Shown here: piece by piece, positions 25,446 to 37,844 of the stretch
How positions within the stretch are numbered: the first letter of the stretch is position 1
Layout of the letters: each line of letters begins with the position of its first letter
Source of the DNA: Camelus dromedarius
Lineage: Eukaryota
Assembly: GCF_036321535.1 (NCBI RefSeq)
Contig: NC_087437.1
Location: forward strand, 69,070,001-69,134,000
Length of the DNA stretch: 64,000 nt
Direction: 5' to 3'
Translations under genes and position numbers: made by a program
Notes under the pieces: model-generated
Told to the model about the DNA's origin: nothing
Database searches by the model: none
Seen by the model: only the letters and a program-made list of their open reading frames with translations

Positions 25446-26355
25446 TTAGAGTAGACCTTTCAGTATTTCTTTTAACATGGGCTTAGTGTTGCTAAACTCT
25501 TAGTTTTTGCTTGTCTGTGAAATTCTTTATCTTTCCTTCTATCCTAAAGGATAGCCTTGCTGGATAGAGTGTCCTAGGCTGCATCTTTTTTTCATTCAGG
25601 ACTTTGAATATATCTTGCCACTCCCTTCTGGCCTGTAGTGTTTGTGTAGAGAAATCAGCTGAGAGCCTTATGGGGGTTCCCTTGTAACTCACTCTTTGAT
25701 CTTCTCTTGCTGCCTTTAGGATCATTTCTTTATCCTTGACTCTGGCCATCTTGATTATGAAATGTCTTGGTGTGGGTCTGTTTGGGTTCTTCCTGTTTGG
25801 GACCCTTTGAACTTCCTGTACTTGGATATCTGATTGATTTCCTTCTTTAGGTTTGGGAAGTTTTCAGTCATGATTTCTTCAAAAAACCTTTTCATTCCCC
25901 TTTGATCTTTCTTCCCCTTCTGGGACCTCTATTATGCAAAGATTGGCACGCTTTATATTATCCCATCGGTCCCTTATGTTGCTTTCATTTGTTTTAATTT
26001 GTTTATCTTGCAGTTGTTCTGATTGGGTGCTTTCTGTTGTCTGTCTTCTAGGTCACTAATTTGTTCCTCTGCATTATCTAGTCTGCTTTGCACAGCCTTT
26101 AGATCCATTCTCATCTCAGTCAATGAGTTTACCAATTCTACTTGGCTCTTCTTTATAGCTTTGATTTCATTTTTGACATATTTTATATCTCTAAACAAAC
26201 ACTATCTCTTTTAGTTCCTTCAATACTTTGATCACTCATTTTTTGAAATCTTGATCTAGTAGGCTATCAATGTCTATTTCATTGATTGTTCTTTCAGGGG
26301 ATTTCTCTTGTTCTTTTAATTCGGAATGGTTTCTCTGCTTCTTCATCTTGCTCAT
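25446..26355 (-). pseudogene. L1 ORF1 (RNA-binding protein), frameshifted
   Basis: Starts MSKMKKQRNHSELKEQEKSPER. Coiled coil SRLDNAEEQISDLEDR; YKGTPIRLSADFS..LQARREWQDIF..YPARLSF; ends LKEILKGLL*. Confidence 0.93.
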
Positions 26356-26489
26356 ATCTCTCTGGCACTGTGGCTTATGGGGTATCAGTTACCTATTGTA
26401 GGTCCTTAAAGGAGTTTACTTATCTATCTGATGCCTATGTAGGAATAAAACTTAAAAAATAAAAACGGAGAGAGCGAGAAAGAATTTTA

Positions 26490-27160
26490 AAAGAAGGGAG
26501 AAAAAAAGGTTTGAAAACAGTGTATAATCAATTATAGAAGCACAATTTGAATCAGACTAGCATTCGACTTGAGACATCTTTTTAAAAACCCTTAAAAAAG
26601 AAAAAAAAAGATTAAAAAATGATATTTGAAAACTATTTATAATCAATAACAGGAGATCAAACCCAGAAGAAATGAAAGTGAAATCAAGTGGATTTTTAAA
26701 AAAATAATATAACTACTTTAAAAGAAAAAACTTTAAAGGAATTTAAACTAGAAGCATATACAATTGTTTAGAAAGTAGAAATTCAAAAGGAAATAAAAAA
26801 TATAGAACAGATTAAAAAAGATATGATAAAGAGATAATTTTCAAAAAGGGGAGAAGAAAAGGTTTGAAAACAGTGTATAATGAATAATTGAAGAGCAAGT
26901 TGAAGCAGAATAGCAATCGGGTTGAGACATCTCTTAAAAACCTTTAAAAAAGGAGAAAAGAGGGAAAAAATATAGTTGAAACCTGTGTATAATCAATAAC
27001 AGGAGATCAAAACCAAGAGATAAAAATGACGTGGATTTTTAAAACTATTTTAAAAGAAAAATTTAAAAAGGATTAAAACTGGGAGGATATATAATTTTAA
27101 AGAGTAAAAATTAAAAAGGTACTAGAAAATACAACAGGTAAAAACAGATTTTAAAAAAGA
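26490..27160. repeat. Diverged ~350-bp tandem duplication in the L1 5'UTR
   Basis: ggtttgaaaacagtgtataat...gagacatct...aatcaataacaggagatcaaa...gtggatttttaaa occurs twice (from ~26508 and ~26861). Confidence 0.9.
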
Positions 27161-27219
27161 GGGGGGGGGTGTTCTCCTGGAGACTGTGTGCTCTTAATGA
27201 GAAGTGTTCGTCTTTGCTG

Positions 27220-28282
27220 TGTTTCGCGAACTCAGCTTGCTGTTTCCAGAGGCCCTCATCTGTGCTGATCCCAGTGCCTGTCAGCAAGCAGATCGCGCCC
27301 CCTCCCAGCACAGTGTTCCTGTCAGAAAGGCGGGGGGGCCACCCGCCCTCTCCTGGCACCGGTCACTCTGCAGCTCCTTGCGGCCACGGGCGCTGCCCTG
27401 AGTCAGAGCTCCACAGGCAGGCCCGGGAAGACCGCGCGGAACAGCCCCGCCCCTGCTCCTTGTTCAAACTCAGCTCCTGTTTGTCCTGGTGGCCGAACTT
27501 TGCAAGGCACTAGGGTGGAAGGATCCTATCTGACTGGGGCTGCAAACAAATCACTGTCTGGCCTTTGAGGCTGCTGAGCCCCCAGGCACGGATTCAGGTT
27601 TTGCCCTGCCCCCACCTGGGTGCCAAGCGCGGAGGATACGGTGGCTGTGTCTGAGCCCCACCTCGCCTCACCAAAAACCTTCCGCGGGTTTTCAGAGATG
27701 GGGGTATGCACCCTTCCCCTCAGGGCACATCAGCCCTGCTGTTTTATGCAGGGCTTATATTGTTCTGCCCTGTGCAGCCACTTATCCACGTTGCGCAGCA
27801 CCCTGCGGTCTCCCGGGGCTGCCTCAGTGCAGCCGTCCCTGTCCTCCACCCAGCTCAGGCAGCCTGGCCCTGCCCGCAGCTCCCGGCTCGGGTCGCAGTC
27901 TGGGTGTCGCAGGAACCCTCTGTGCCCGGTCCACCCAGTTCTGTTGGTCAAGGGCTGCTCTGTACAGATTCGAGCCTCGGAGGCTCCCCCTCCGTCCCTC
28001 TGGCCTCTCCGTTGGAGAGGGGGAGACCCAGCGAACGAGCGCCAGTCCTCCTTTGCCGCTCCATCCCCGTGGGACCCGTCCTGCAGTTTTGCCTTTTCGT
28101 CTTTTTTTCCTTTCTGCTACCAGATTTTTGGCATCTTTGTCTTTTGAAGAGGACAATGTTCTGTCAGAATTCCACAGGTGCTCTGGTTGGCTGAGTGGGT
28201 CCGTGGATATGAGTCTTGGTTTATCTGTGGGAGAGGGTGAGCTATGAGCATCCTACTACTCCGCCAGCTTGGCCTCGTGTCC
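27220..28282 (-). promoter_or_regulatory. CpG-rich L1 internal promoter region
   Basis: High GC and many CpGs compared with the rest of the window, located at the L1 5' end, with a variant YY1 box at 28262-28270. Confidence 0.75.
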
Positions 28283-28429
28283 GGGTTTTCATTGTTTCTG
28301 GAGCACTGACTTGTATTAGGAATGTCTCGAAAATAAGTAGCCATTCTGAAATGAAACCAGATTATTGCAAATTACAACCTTTGTTTTAGCTGAATAAGCT
28401 GAAGAAAATTCTGAATTCTTTATTTTTTC

Positions 28430-31417
28430 CTGTTACATATTATTTAATTTACTTAATTGTATTAACAGCATAGTTGATTTACAATACTGTATTAGTCTCA
28501 GGTGTACAGCATAGTGATTCAATATTTTCATAGGTTATATGCCATTAAAAGTTATTACACAATAATGGCTATTAATTCCTTGTGCTATATAATAGATCCT
28601 TGTTGCTTATCTAGTTTATATAGTAGTTTGTATCTCTTAATCCCACTAACTTGTCCCACCCCTTCCCTCTCCCCACTAGTAACCACTAATTTGTTTCTTG
28701 TGTCTGAGTCTATTTGTTTTGCTGTATGTATTTATCTGTTTTCCAGATTCCATAAGTGATATACAGTATTTGTCTTTCTCTGACTTATTTCATTAAGCGT
28801 AATATTCTGTAGGTCCATCCATGTTGCTGCAAATGGCAGAATTTCATTATTTTCTATGGTTAGTAATATGCCATTGTATATACATATATACCACATCTTC
28901 CTTATGCATTCATCTGTTGATGGACACAAGATTAGTTCCATATCTTGTTAATAGTGCTGCTGTAAACACTGGGTGCATGTATCTTTTCAAATTACTGCTT
29001 TCATTTTTTTTCCAGATATATACCCAGGAGTGGAATTGCTGGATTATATATGGTAGTTCCATTTTTAGTTTTTTAGGAAACCTCCATATTGTTTTCCACA
29101 GTGGCTGCACCACTTTACATTTCCACCAACAGTGTACAAGGGCTCCCTTTACTCCACATCCTCACCAACAATTTGTTATTTATAGACTTTTTGATGATAG
29201 CCATTCTGACAGGTGTAAGGTGATCGCTCATTGTTGTTTTGATTTGCATTTTTCTAGTAGTTAGCCATGTTGAGCATCTTGCCATGTTGAGCATCTTTTC
29301 ATGAGCCTGTTGGCCCTCTTTATGTCTTCTTTGAAAAAAATCATGTCTTCTATCCATTTTTGGATTGGGTGTTTTTTTGATTGAGCTGTTTATATATTTT
29401 GGATATTAACTTCTTGTTGGTCATACTGTTTGCACAATTTTCCTCACATTCCACAGGTTGTCCTTACATTTTGTTAATGGTTTCCTTTGCTGTGCAAAAG
29501 CAGTTAAATTTAATTAGGTTCTATTTGTTTATTTTTGCTTTTATTTCTTTTGCTTTAGGAAACAGATCCAAAAAAAGTATTGCAATGATTTACGTCAAAG
29601 TGTGTTCTGCCTATGTTCTCTTCTAGGAGTTTTGTGGTTTCAGATATATTTAGGTCTTTAATCCATTTTAAGTTTATTTTTGTATGTGGTGTGAGAAAAT
29701 GTTCTAATCTCATTGTTTTACATGTAGCTGTCCAGTTTTCCCAGTACCACTTATTGAAGAGACTGCCTTCTCCATTATAGTTTCTTGCCTCCTTTGCTGT
29801 AGATTAATTGAATGCAAGTGTGTGGGTTTATTTTCGGGCTCTCTATTCTGTTCTGTTCAATGTGTCTGCTTCTGTGCCACTTCCATGCTTTTTTGATTAC
29901 TGTAGTTTTGTTGTATAGTGTGAAATCAAGGAGGGTGACAATTCCAGTTCTGTTCTTTTTTCTCAAGATTGCTTTGGGTCATATGGCCACTTTAACAACA
30001 TCAATTCTTCTAATCCAAGAGCACAAGGTATCTTTCCATTTTCTTCAGTTTCCTTCCTCAATGTTTTCTAATTTTCAGAGTATAGCTCTTTTATTTCTTT
30101 GGTTAAATTAGGTATTTTATTCATTTTGATGTGATTTTAAGCTTTTTTTAAAACGATCTCTTTCTGATAGTTCATTATTATTGCATAGAAGAACAACAGA
30201 TTTTTGTATATTAATCTTATATCCTGCAACATTCTGCATTCATTTATTAGTTCTAATAGTTTTATTTGGGGAGGGGTGAAGAACTTGGGGTTTTCTGTAA
30301 ATAGCATGTAATCTGCAAATAATGACAGTTTTACTTCTTCCTTCCCAATCTGGATGACTTTTTGTTATATAGCAGTGTCCTGTTCCTGAATTTAGAGGAA
30401 AGGCTTTCAGCTCCAGTTTCTAGCTGATAGCCTTATAGGGATTACACTGTGTATGATTCTGTTTTTCTCTTGCTGCCTTTAGCATTCTCTTTAACTTTTG
30501 CCATTTTAATCATGTGTCTTGGTCTGAATTGTCTCCAATGCACTGCCTGTGCAGGAACCAGCAACTGTTTCCCTCATTCTGCGCAGATGCAGCCTTGGGT
30601 GTAAGTCCCCTTTGTCCCTTTCAGCTGATCACTGGCCCAGCTTCTACCTCCACCACCCTGTTGTGGAGTCATGCCACAGGGTTGGAGGGCCCGTGAGGAC
30701 TCTCAGTGTATATGGCAAGGGGCTGGGGTGGGAGGTTGAGCTGTGGTGGAGTGGCCACTGTTAGAGTTATGAGCTGCTTAAGTAAGTGCCAACAATGGCT
30801 GCCACCACAACACCCAGAGTCCACAGGGCAGCCTCTGTGTCCCCAAATCAAAGTCTTCTCTCCAGTTGTGGCAGCCCTAGCTCCAGTGCTGTGTGGTGAT
30901 ACTGGAGTAAGCAGAGCTGGGCTGGGGCACACCAAGAGGGTTGCAGGACCCTCGGCCACCACTGGAGCAGTCTTCAATCTGCTCTCTGTGCCTTGCCTTG
31001 GGGGCAAGTCACTGCAGGCACACGCCTCATGAGAGGAGGGCTCCCAAAGCCCTCTTCTTACTCCCAGCATTCCTTCAACCAGCCAAGGGGGCTCACGTCC
31101 CCCTGTATGGGACCCCAGGACTGGGGCACCCAATCTGTGGTGCTCACCGCTCACTCCCCAGAGAGAGTCTCCACCTGTGTATTTGCCCTTTTCTTTCCTC
31201 TGAGTCCCCCCTCAGGGACACAGGTCCTGACCTGATTGTTTTTCTTCTGTTCTTCCCCAATTATGTGTGGATCTTTCTTACAGTTTTAGTTGTACAGGAG
31301 TCTTTCTGCCAGTTTCCAGTTAGTTTTCAGTAAGAATTCTTTCACATGTAGATGTATTTTTGATGTGTTCATGGGGGGGAGTGAGTTCCATGTCCTCCTA
31401 CTCTACCGTCTTGATCG
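28430..31417 (-). mobile_element. Older L1 with multiple internal deletions (5'UTR, ORF1 sliver, ORF2 3' part, 3'UTR)
   Basis: 5' start GATCAAGACGGTAGAGTAGGAG at ~31417, ORF1 piece at ~30422-30525, ORF2 pieces below ~30413, and C-terminal ORFs 28732-29357. Confidence 0.9.
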
Positions 31418-31719
31418 ATTGCTGACTCAACTTTACGTTATTCCAGAGCAAGTAATTTTGTAAGAGTGGAATTCAAGAAACACTTCTCAAATGAGTGAAT
31501 GAATGAACAAACAAATGATTTCACTAGTGCATGCAACAGAGAAACCTGGCCACTTTTAATATCCTTTCTCCAAACTTCTAAAATACAAGTTTAGGCTATG
31601 GGGTTCATTTGTTATTTGAAAATTAGCTATTAATTTTGCAGAATACTTTGTCATAACTACAGACCAGAAACCAGCCATTTCTGTTCTAGAGGAAACTTGC
31701 CTGAGTAGATCTCACAAAT

Positions 31720-32690
31720 ACCATTTCACTCATTCAAGAGTTGTTCTAGGTGCTGGGATATATAGTAGTAAACAAATTCCAAAAATTCCTGCCTTAAAAT
31801 GTTCACAGATTTTAAATGAAATGGCATGTAGTGAAAAGTGTTCTGAATAGAGTGGAATAAGAGAGATAGTGAAGGTGTAGCAAATGTAAAGTAAGATGTT
31901 CAGGGATGGTTTTTTGATAAGTTAGTTGAGCTCTAAAGAAAGTACAGAAACAAGCCCTTCAAGATTCCTGGGAAGAGTTTTTCAGAGAGAGAAAACAGTG
32001 GGTAAAACTGCCTTTGAGGCAGAATACGATGCCTAGCAGAGAGGCCAGTGTTTCTCAGAAGAGACTAAGTGAAAGAAAATTAATAGGAAATAAGGTCAGA
32101 GAGAGGTAAGCAGGAGGTGGATAATACGGTACTTTGTCTGAAATGGGAAACCAAGGGGTATTTTTAAACAGAGTGATGAGACTTGACACGTTTGTAAAGG
32201 ATGTTCTCTGGCTGTTGAGTAGAAAATAAGACTCTGGGCTAGGGAATTCACAACAGTCCAGACAAGTAAGATAATGTCTAAGACAAGGTCTGTAGCTATG
32301 GTGGTTGTAAGAAGTGGGCAGTTTGGGGACATATTTTGAGGGAAGGGACAATATTCTGTGCATGGGTGGAACACAGGGTGTAAAAGAACAATATGACTCA
32401 AGAATTACTCCATTGTTTTTAACACAAGCAACTAGAATAACAAATGAGATTGGGAAAACCAGGGAAAGATCAGATTGAATGGTGGTAGGGGTTGAAATGA
32501 AGAGTTCTGTCTGGGCCACATTACTTTTAAAATGCCTGTTGGACAACCATGTAGAGTTAGGCAGCTAGAAGATTCTAGATAAAGGAAGAGGTGTTGTGTG
32601 GACATATGCATTTGGGATCCATTAGGTAGCAGTTAAAGCCTAGAGACCAATGGCCTTATCTGAGGATTAAGCATAGTCAGGAGAGAGAAG
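31720..32690 (-). mobile_element. L2 LINE fragment
   Basis: ORF 32055-32546 begins MSNRHFKSNVAQTELFI (L2-like MSNRHLKLNMSKTELLI). Reverse L2 3' end ttctaggtgctgggata...gtaaacaaa. Confidence 0.85.
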
Positions 32691-35149
32691 TAGTACAACA
32701 CTAGGTGCCAGGTCATGGGCTAATCAGCACACATAGATGGTGAAATGTAATGAACATGAAACAACTAGAACTATTACAAAAACAACACTGTTAGAGAAAC
32801 AAAATATCAACACTGCATCTTGTTTCTTAAAATATAATCAATCCACTGATACATTTTTTTCCCCAAAGGAAGGCACTGTCATTAACTGTCACCTTTCAAC
32901 CAGCCCATTAGCCTATTTTTTGGAAGTTCTCCCTAGAAAGCATCTTTCTAATTTTATTCCCTTCATTTGGGTCCCAAGAATTATTATGGACTAAAATATC
33001 AGTTCTTCTTGAGATTCTGAAGCTACAAAGAACACTGACTCCAAAATCAGATATGAGGTAAACCTTCACACAGTCTATCAACCATGGTTAAGTCTGATGA
33101 ACACAGCCCTTGACTGTTCATACTCCCCGTGAAGAGGTGGAGTCAAAGAGTCTTGACTACCCAGAGACCCACGAAATCCCAGGCTTCACCACCTTTTCTT
33201 CCTCTTAAGGCAGTGAATGTCTTCCTTCATATATTTGAAAGGGAGAAAAGTCTTCTCTGGCTTTTCTCTTCTGCTCCTACAGGATAGGAGACACTATGAA
33301 AATCACATATAGCCCAAAGTATTAATTCTAAATATACCCTGGCTTTACTAAGAACATGAAAACATACTGTCAGAGTAGAATTGAACATAAGGAAAACTGT
33401 CTTGACACCAAGGACTGTTATCAAGCTGAAATACATTATCATTTTCTAAAAATGTTAAACACTTGAAGAGGTTGTAGGCCTCCATTTTGTTTCTACAAGG
33501 TTTGCAAAATCCTAAGTATTACTAGTCTAGAAATGTTTTAGGTGTAATTTGAAGAGCAGTAGCCCTTCTAAATTAATATCTTCCAAGGTCTTATCTAGTG
33601 CATGATTTTATTATTTTGTTTCCCTAGGTGGTTTAACCTCATTTACCTTTGATGTGGCAGAAGCTTTTTCCCCCTTTCATCATATTTTCCAGATGACTGT
33701 GCAACCATTAGAGAGATGCACAGTATAAAGAATAAAAATAAGGGGGGAAAAAAAGCAAAGAAAGTACACAAGAGAATGAACCAAGTTAAACAAGTAATTT
33801 GTGTTTGTTATTATGAAAATCCAACAGCTACCTTATCATACCAGGTGGGGAAGATTGGGATCTCTGTGAAAAATTACCTACCCCCTACCCTGGTCTAATC
33901 TAGACACAATTAGCTATGCCTTTTTTTGTTGTGGTTGTTTGTTACAATATAAAAGGAAAATAAAGTTACAATTGTTAACATACTTAGGCTCAATCTACAC
34001 AAATGTTACAGATTAAAGACCCTGGACGTATACTCAGAATGCAGTAGAATTTTATCTCACAGTGCATCACTGATGAGCTAATAGTAGTGCTCTGTTCAAT
34101 TGTGATCATAAAACTGTAGCACAGCCAAAGAAATACTTACATAATGGAGAAAGTACTTCCTTACCTGAGACAAATGGAAATGGCTAAGACGGATTGTTTT
34201 CAAGGGCTTTAGATACTTTCAATCTACTTCAAATTAGTGAAATTTAGTAGCAAAAGTAACTCACCAAGGCCTACTGTTTATGGTTTTGTTAGTTAAAAAA
34301 ATATTAGTTATTATTATAACTCTGTGGGGTTTTTTTCTTTTAAAGAGTTTCCCCCAGTCTCTAAGGAGGATTTTTTGCCCCATTATTTATTACATCCTTG
34401 TTCCTCTTAGAACAGACAACAAAGATGTATTTGTTTGCTGCACCTCATTCCAGTTTTAGTTTCCAGTTTTCTTGGTGCATAAGTCTAATCTCTGACTGTC
34501 AATACCAACATCTCAGAATTTGCAAAATGTACCAAGGGATTCTGTGCTTATCCTACAACTAATCATTGACATTAATTGACATAAAAGATCATCTTTATCA
34601 TCTTCTCTATGTCAGCATAGTCAGAAAGTATTCTGGACATACAGTAGAGCCGTTTAAAGTCTTAGTAGTAGAACAGCTTTTTGGCTTCATCTACCCACTT
34701 CTGCATAAGTGCTGAACTACTATCTCTTGGATTCACAGAAGAGCCGTCATGGAGAGGTTGCCATTTATGTAACATCATGGGTGGAAGAGGTCTAGTACCC
34801 AAATCACCAGTCTCTTTGACCTTCCCTGTTTTCCATTTCCTCCCTTCTCCCCTTCCTTCCTTTATCAATGTCTATCTAATGCATTCATCATCTATTTATA
34901 GACCTAGGTATCATCTATCAATCCTGAGTAATGTGTAAGTATACATACAATGCATAATATAGTATATAATGTACAAGTTTCGGAACCCAACAAATTTGGC
35001 ATTATCTTTGGTACAAGCTCTAAAGAGGCAGGGCAACTGAATTCCTGCAGATTCTATTACAGGACCTTGTGTGTCTGAGAGTGTGTCAGAGAGACAGACA
35101 GAGAGATTGGGGGTGGGGAAGGGGATATATAGAGAGATTACTTTAACTT

Positions 35150-35335
35150 TTCTTGAGCATCACTCCATGTGAAACTTCAAGAATTCCAATATCAAAAGTA
35201 TTTCATATCACTCTGAAGTATAAGTCATTAAGAGGCTTTATTTTACAGATAAAAAATCCAGGGCTTGGAGAGTTTAGGTGACACTATCCGTTAATAGCAG
35301 AGCTTCCAGCTTACCCTCACCCTCTCTGATCTTCA
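35150..35335 (-). mobile_element. MIR SINE fragment (reverse)
   Basis: tattttacagataaaaaatccagggcttggagagtttaggtgac...aatagcagagct. Confidence 0.6.
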
Positions 35336-36740
35336 ATCAATCACAATCCTTTCCCTCCACTCTAGCTAAAATCTAAAAGTTCTTCCTCTATTAAGAGAAA
35401 CATAAATCAAATATAAATGAGTATAAAGTACAGAAATATTAAAAAGGAGGAAAAATGAAGGGCAAGTACAAGTACAGTTTAAAAGTTATCAAGTTTTGCT
35501 TATGTTTCCACATTTAATAGTTTTAACTCTTATGAAGAAAAGCGAGATGAAACAAGCAAGTTTGGTGTGATTAATAAATTGAACTTGTTTGTCAACAGGT
35601 TTAGGATGTACTGCCTATCATGGCTGTATTTTGAAAATAAGTCCTTTGAAAAGTAGTAAGAAACAAGTCACTTAAGCTGAGGTTGATGAGTAATAGCTAT
35701 AATTTCATGACTACCATCAGGGTGTGACACCTTAGAGTAACCACAAGAAGATGTGATGGCTTTTCCTTAGCATTGAGTTCAATAGTGTTTACATTAACTT
35801 GTGCCAAACAGAAAGTTTCCTGTTATAAAGAAACAACTGTCCCCAGTTTTTCATACACTATTGTCACATTGTAGCCAAGGTCTAAATGCCTTCTGCAGTG
35901 TCTAAGAGAGTACCTGACATTTAGCTGATCTTAGGGTCATGACTATTGTTTTGTTGTTGTTGTTATTTGTTTGTTTATAAAATAATGAGAAGCTTTCTCT
36001 CAAGTTCCCAAACTGGATTAGCATAGGAACCTCCAAGAGGCCATGCCTAAACCTGCCTGTGGTTTCTTCTGGACCAGTGGAACAAGTCCCCATTCTATAA
36101 AAGAAAAGAAACCTTGATGAAGCTAGTTGTAGAAAGAGACCTCTAGACAAGGTGCCATAAGTTTCCTTTACTAAGGACATTTCTAACTCTGGCATACTGT
36201 GATATGTTCATTCTGTAAAATCATTGAAGATAGGTGCCACCAGTTTTAAAGTTTTAAATTTAAACTTTTCCTGATTTATTTTTTACAAACTAGTTAACAA
36301 AACAATCAATCTGCCACTATTTGGAATCTCACAGTCTGACCTTGTACAATATCTGATGGCCAGGGAAGCTTATTATGTCAGAAGTGCATACATTGTAGTT
36401 TACAATTTTGTTGAATGTTACAAATTCATTAATTCCTGAAGTCTTAAACTCAGCAAAAGTTCAAGTATCTTCAGGAAGTGGTATTCATGACTGCTTTCTT
36501 TAGTAAGTAAGTTTTTCAAAGTTAGCTAACAATTTCATGACCATGGATCATGTAAAGGGCTTCGTTACAGGTAAGCTGTAAAGCCAAATATGGAAACATA
36601 TTTCTTTATACAAAATGAGTAAGTCTGAACTAAATTATTTATTCATTGTACTAAAAAGCAGAGAGTTCATTTTTTTTAACATAGCAAAGACAATAATGTG
36701 TGATACTGTTATTAAAATCTTATTCACTGTTTGCTTTAGA

Positions 36741-36960
36741 CAGGGGAAAGCAAAATATAGCCCATGGGCCAAATCTGGCCCACCACCTGTTTTTGTAAAT
36801 AAAGTTTTATTGGGATACAGGTCTACTCATTCATTTACATATTGCACATGGCTAACTATGTGCTGCCACAGCAGAGCAGTTGGGACAGAGACCCTATGGC
36901 CTGAAAAGTCAAAAACATTTATTAGCTAAAAAAAAAAAAAAGTTTCTCTGCCATAGCCTT
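36741..36960 (+). mobile_element. MER58-like hAT-Charlie DNA transposon
   Basis: cagggg...gcccatgggccaaatctggcccaccacctgtttttgtaaataaagttttattgg...cattcatttacatattg...acagagaccctatggcc. Confidence 0.88.
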
Positions 36961-37844
36961 AAGCTATGATTCAATGGGAAGATAGCTTTTATAAATCCAA
37001 TGTTTTCTGGCCAGGAAATGTTATTGATATTTCATAAACAGAAGAATCTGAAGTGCTAGTTAAAATTTCAAATGCCGTGGTACATGTAGAGAAGTATTCT
37101 CTCTTGAATCCAACATTATTATGCAGTCAGTTTATACATTAAAAAAAGATTTAGTAATGTGAATTTTATTTTCATTTCCATGAGAATATACCATTTGTCT
37201 GTAACTTTTTTCCATCACCTTTCTTATTCCTGCCATAGCTTTTAAACAGTTATTGGCTGGAGAATGGGGTAGGGTGGGGCGAGGGTATGTGTAGTGAACT
37301 ACCCATAAGATGAAAAACACTTTTTCTTGATTAATTTTTAATACACTGGTTTCTTCACCTATCCTGAAAACGATCCCTGTTTTTAATCCTTATCAGGACA
37401 CTTTAATAGGATGCCATTCAAGATTTTACTGTTATTACCATATGTTATCTTCTATTTTACTCCTTTCTGCAATTCACAGCCTCTTTATTTTCCTTGGCAC
37501 ACTTGTTCTTCCCCAGTACAGTGATGTCTATCATTTGAATACTTAATTCCATGTGAATAGAAGAGATAAAAACATAGGAATCCAGGTCTCCGAGCAAACT
37601 GTCTTCAGGTTCTCTTGAACGTCAGAAAATTGTTTCTCTTAATTGGTCTCTGGAGCTTTGACTTTATTAACTATTTTAAACAAACTTTCTCTGTTGGAAA
37701 GCCACCTGGCCACTCTTAATATTAATAATTGTTAGTGCCAAGCTGTTTCCAAGTGGACCTGTCACTGGATAACCTGACACCAATGATAAATTTAAAAAAT
37801 GATGTGGATAGGTAGATATGAAATAATTGCCTGCATTAAAGAAG

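Larger units (their letters stand above)
20957..28282 (-). mobile_element. Young full-length (~7.3 kb) LINE-1, inactivated, with 15-bp TSD
   Basis: Complete order of CpG-rich 5'UTR, ORF1, spacer, ORF2, 3'UTR and polyA. TSD gggttttcattattt (20942-20956) / gggttttcattgttt (28283-28297). Long ORF pieces are near-canonical L1 protein. Confidence 0.97.

Noticed and set aside
20957..28282. Possibility of an active, retrotransposition-competent L1
   Set aside because: Nonsense codons and frameshifts disrupt ORF2, and frameshifts disrupt ORF1.
30514..31333. Cluster of 60-161 aa ORFs
   Set aside because: They lie in a GC-rich L1 5'UTR where stop codons are scarce.
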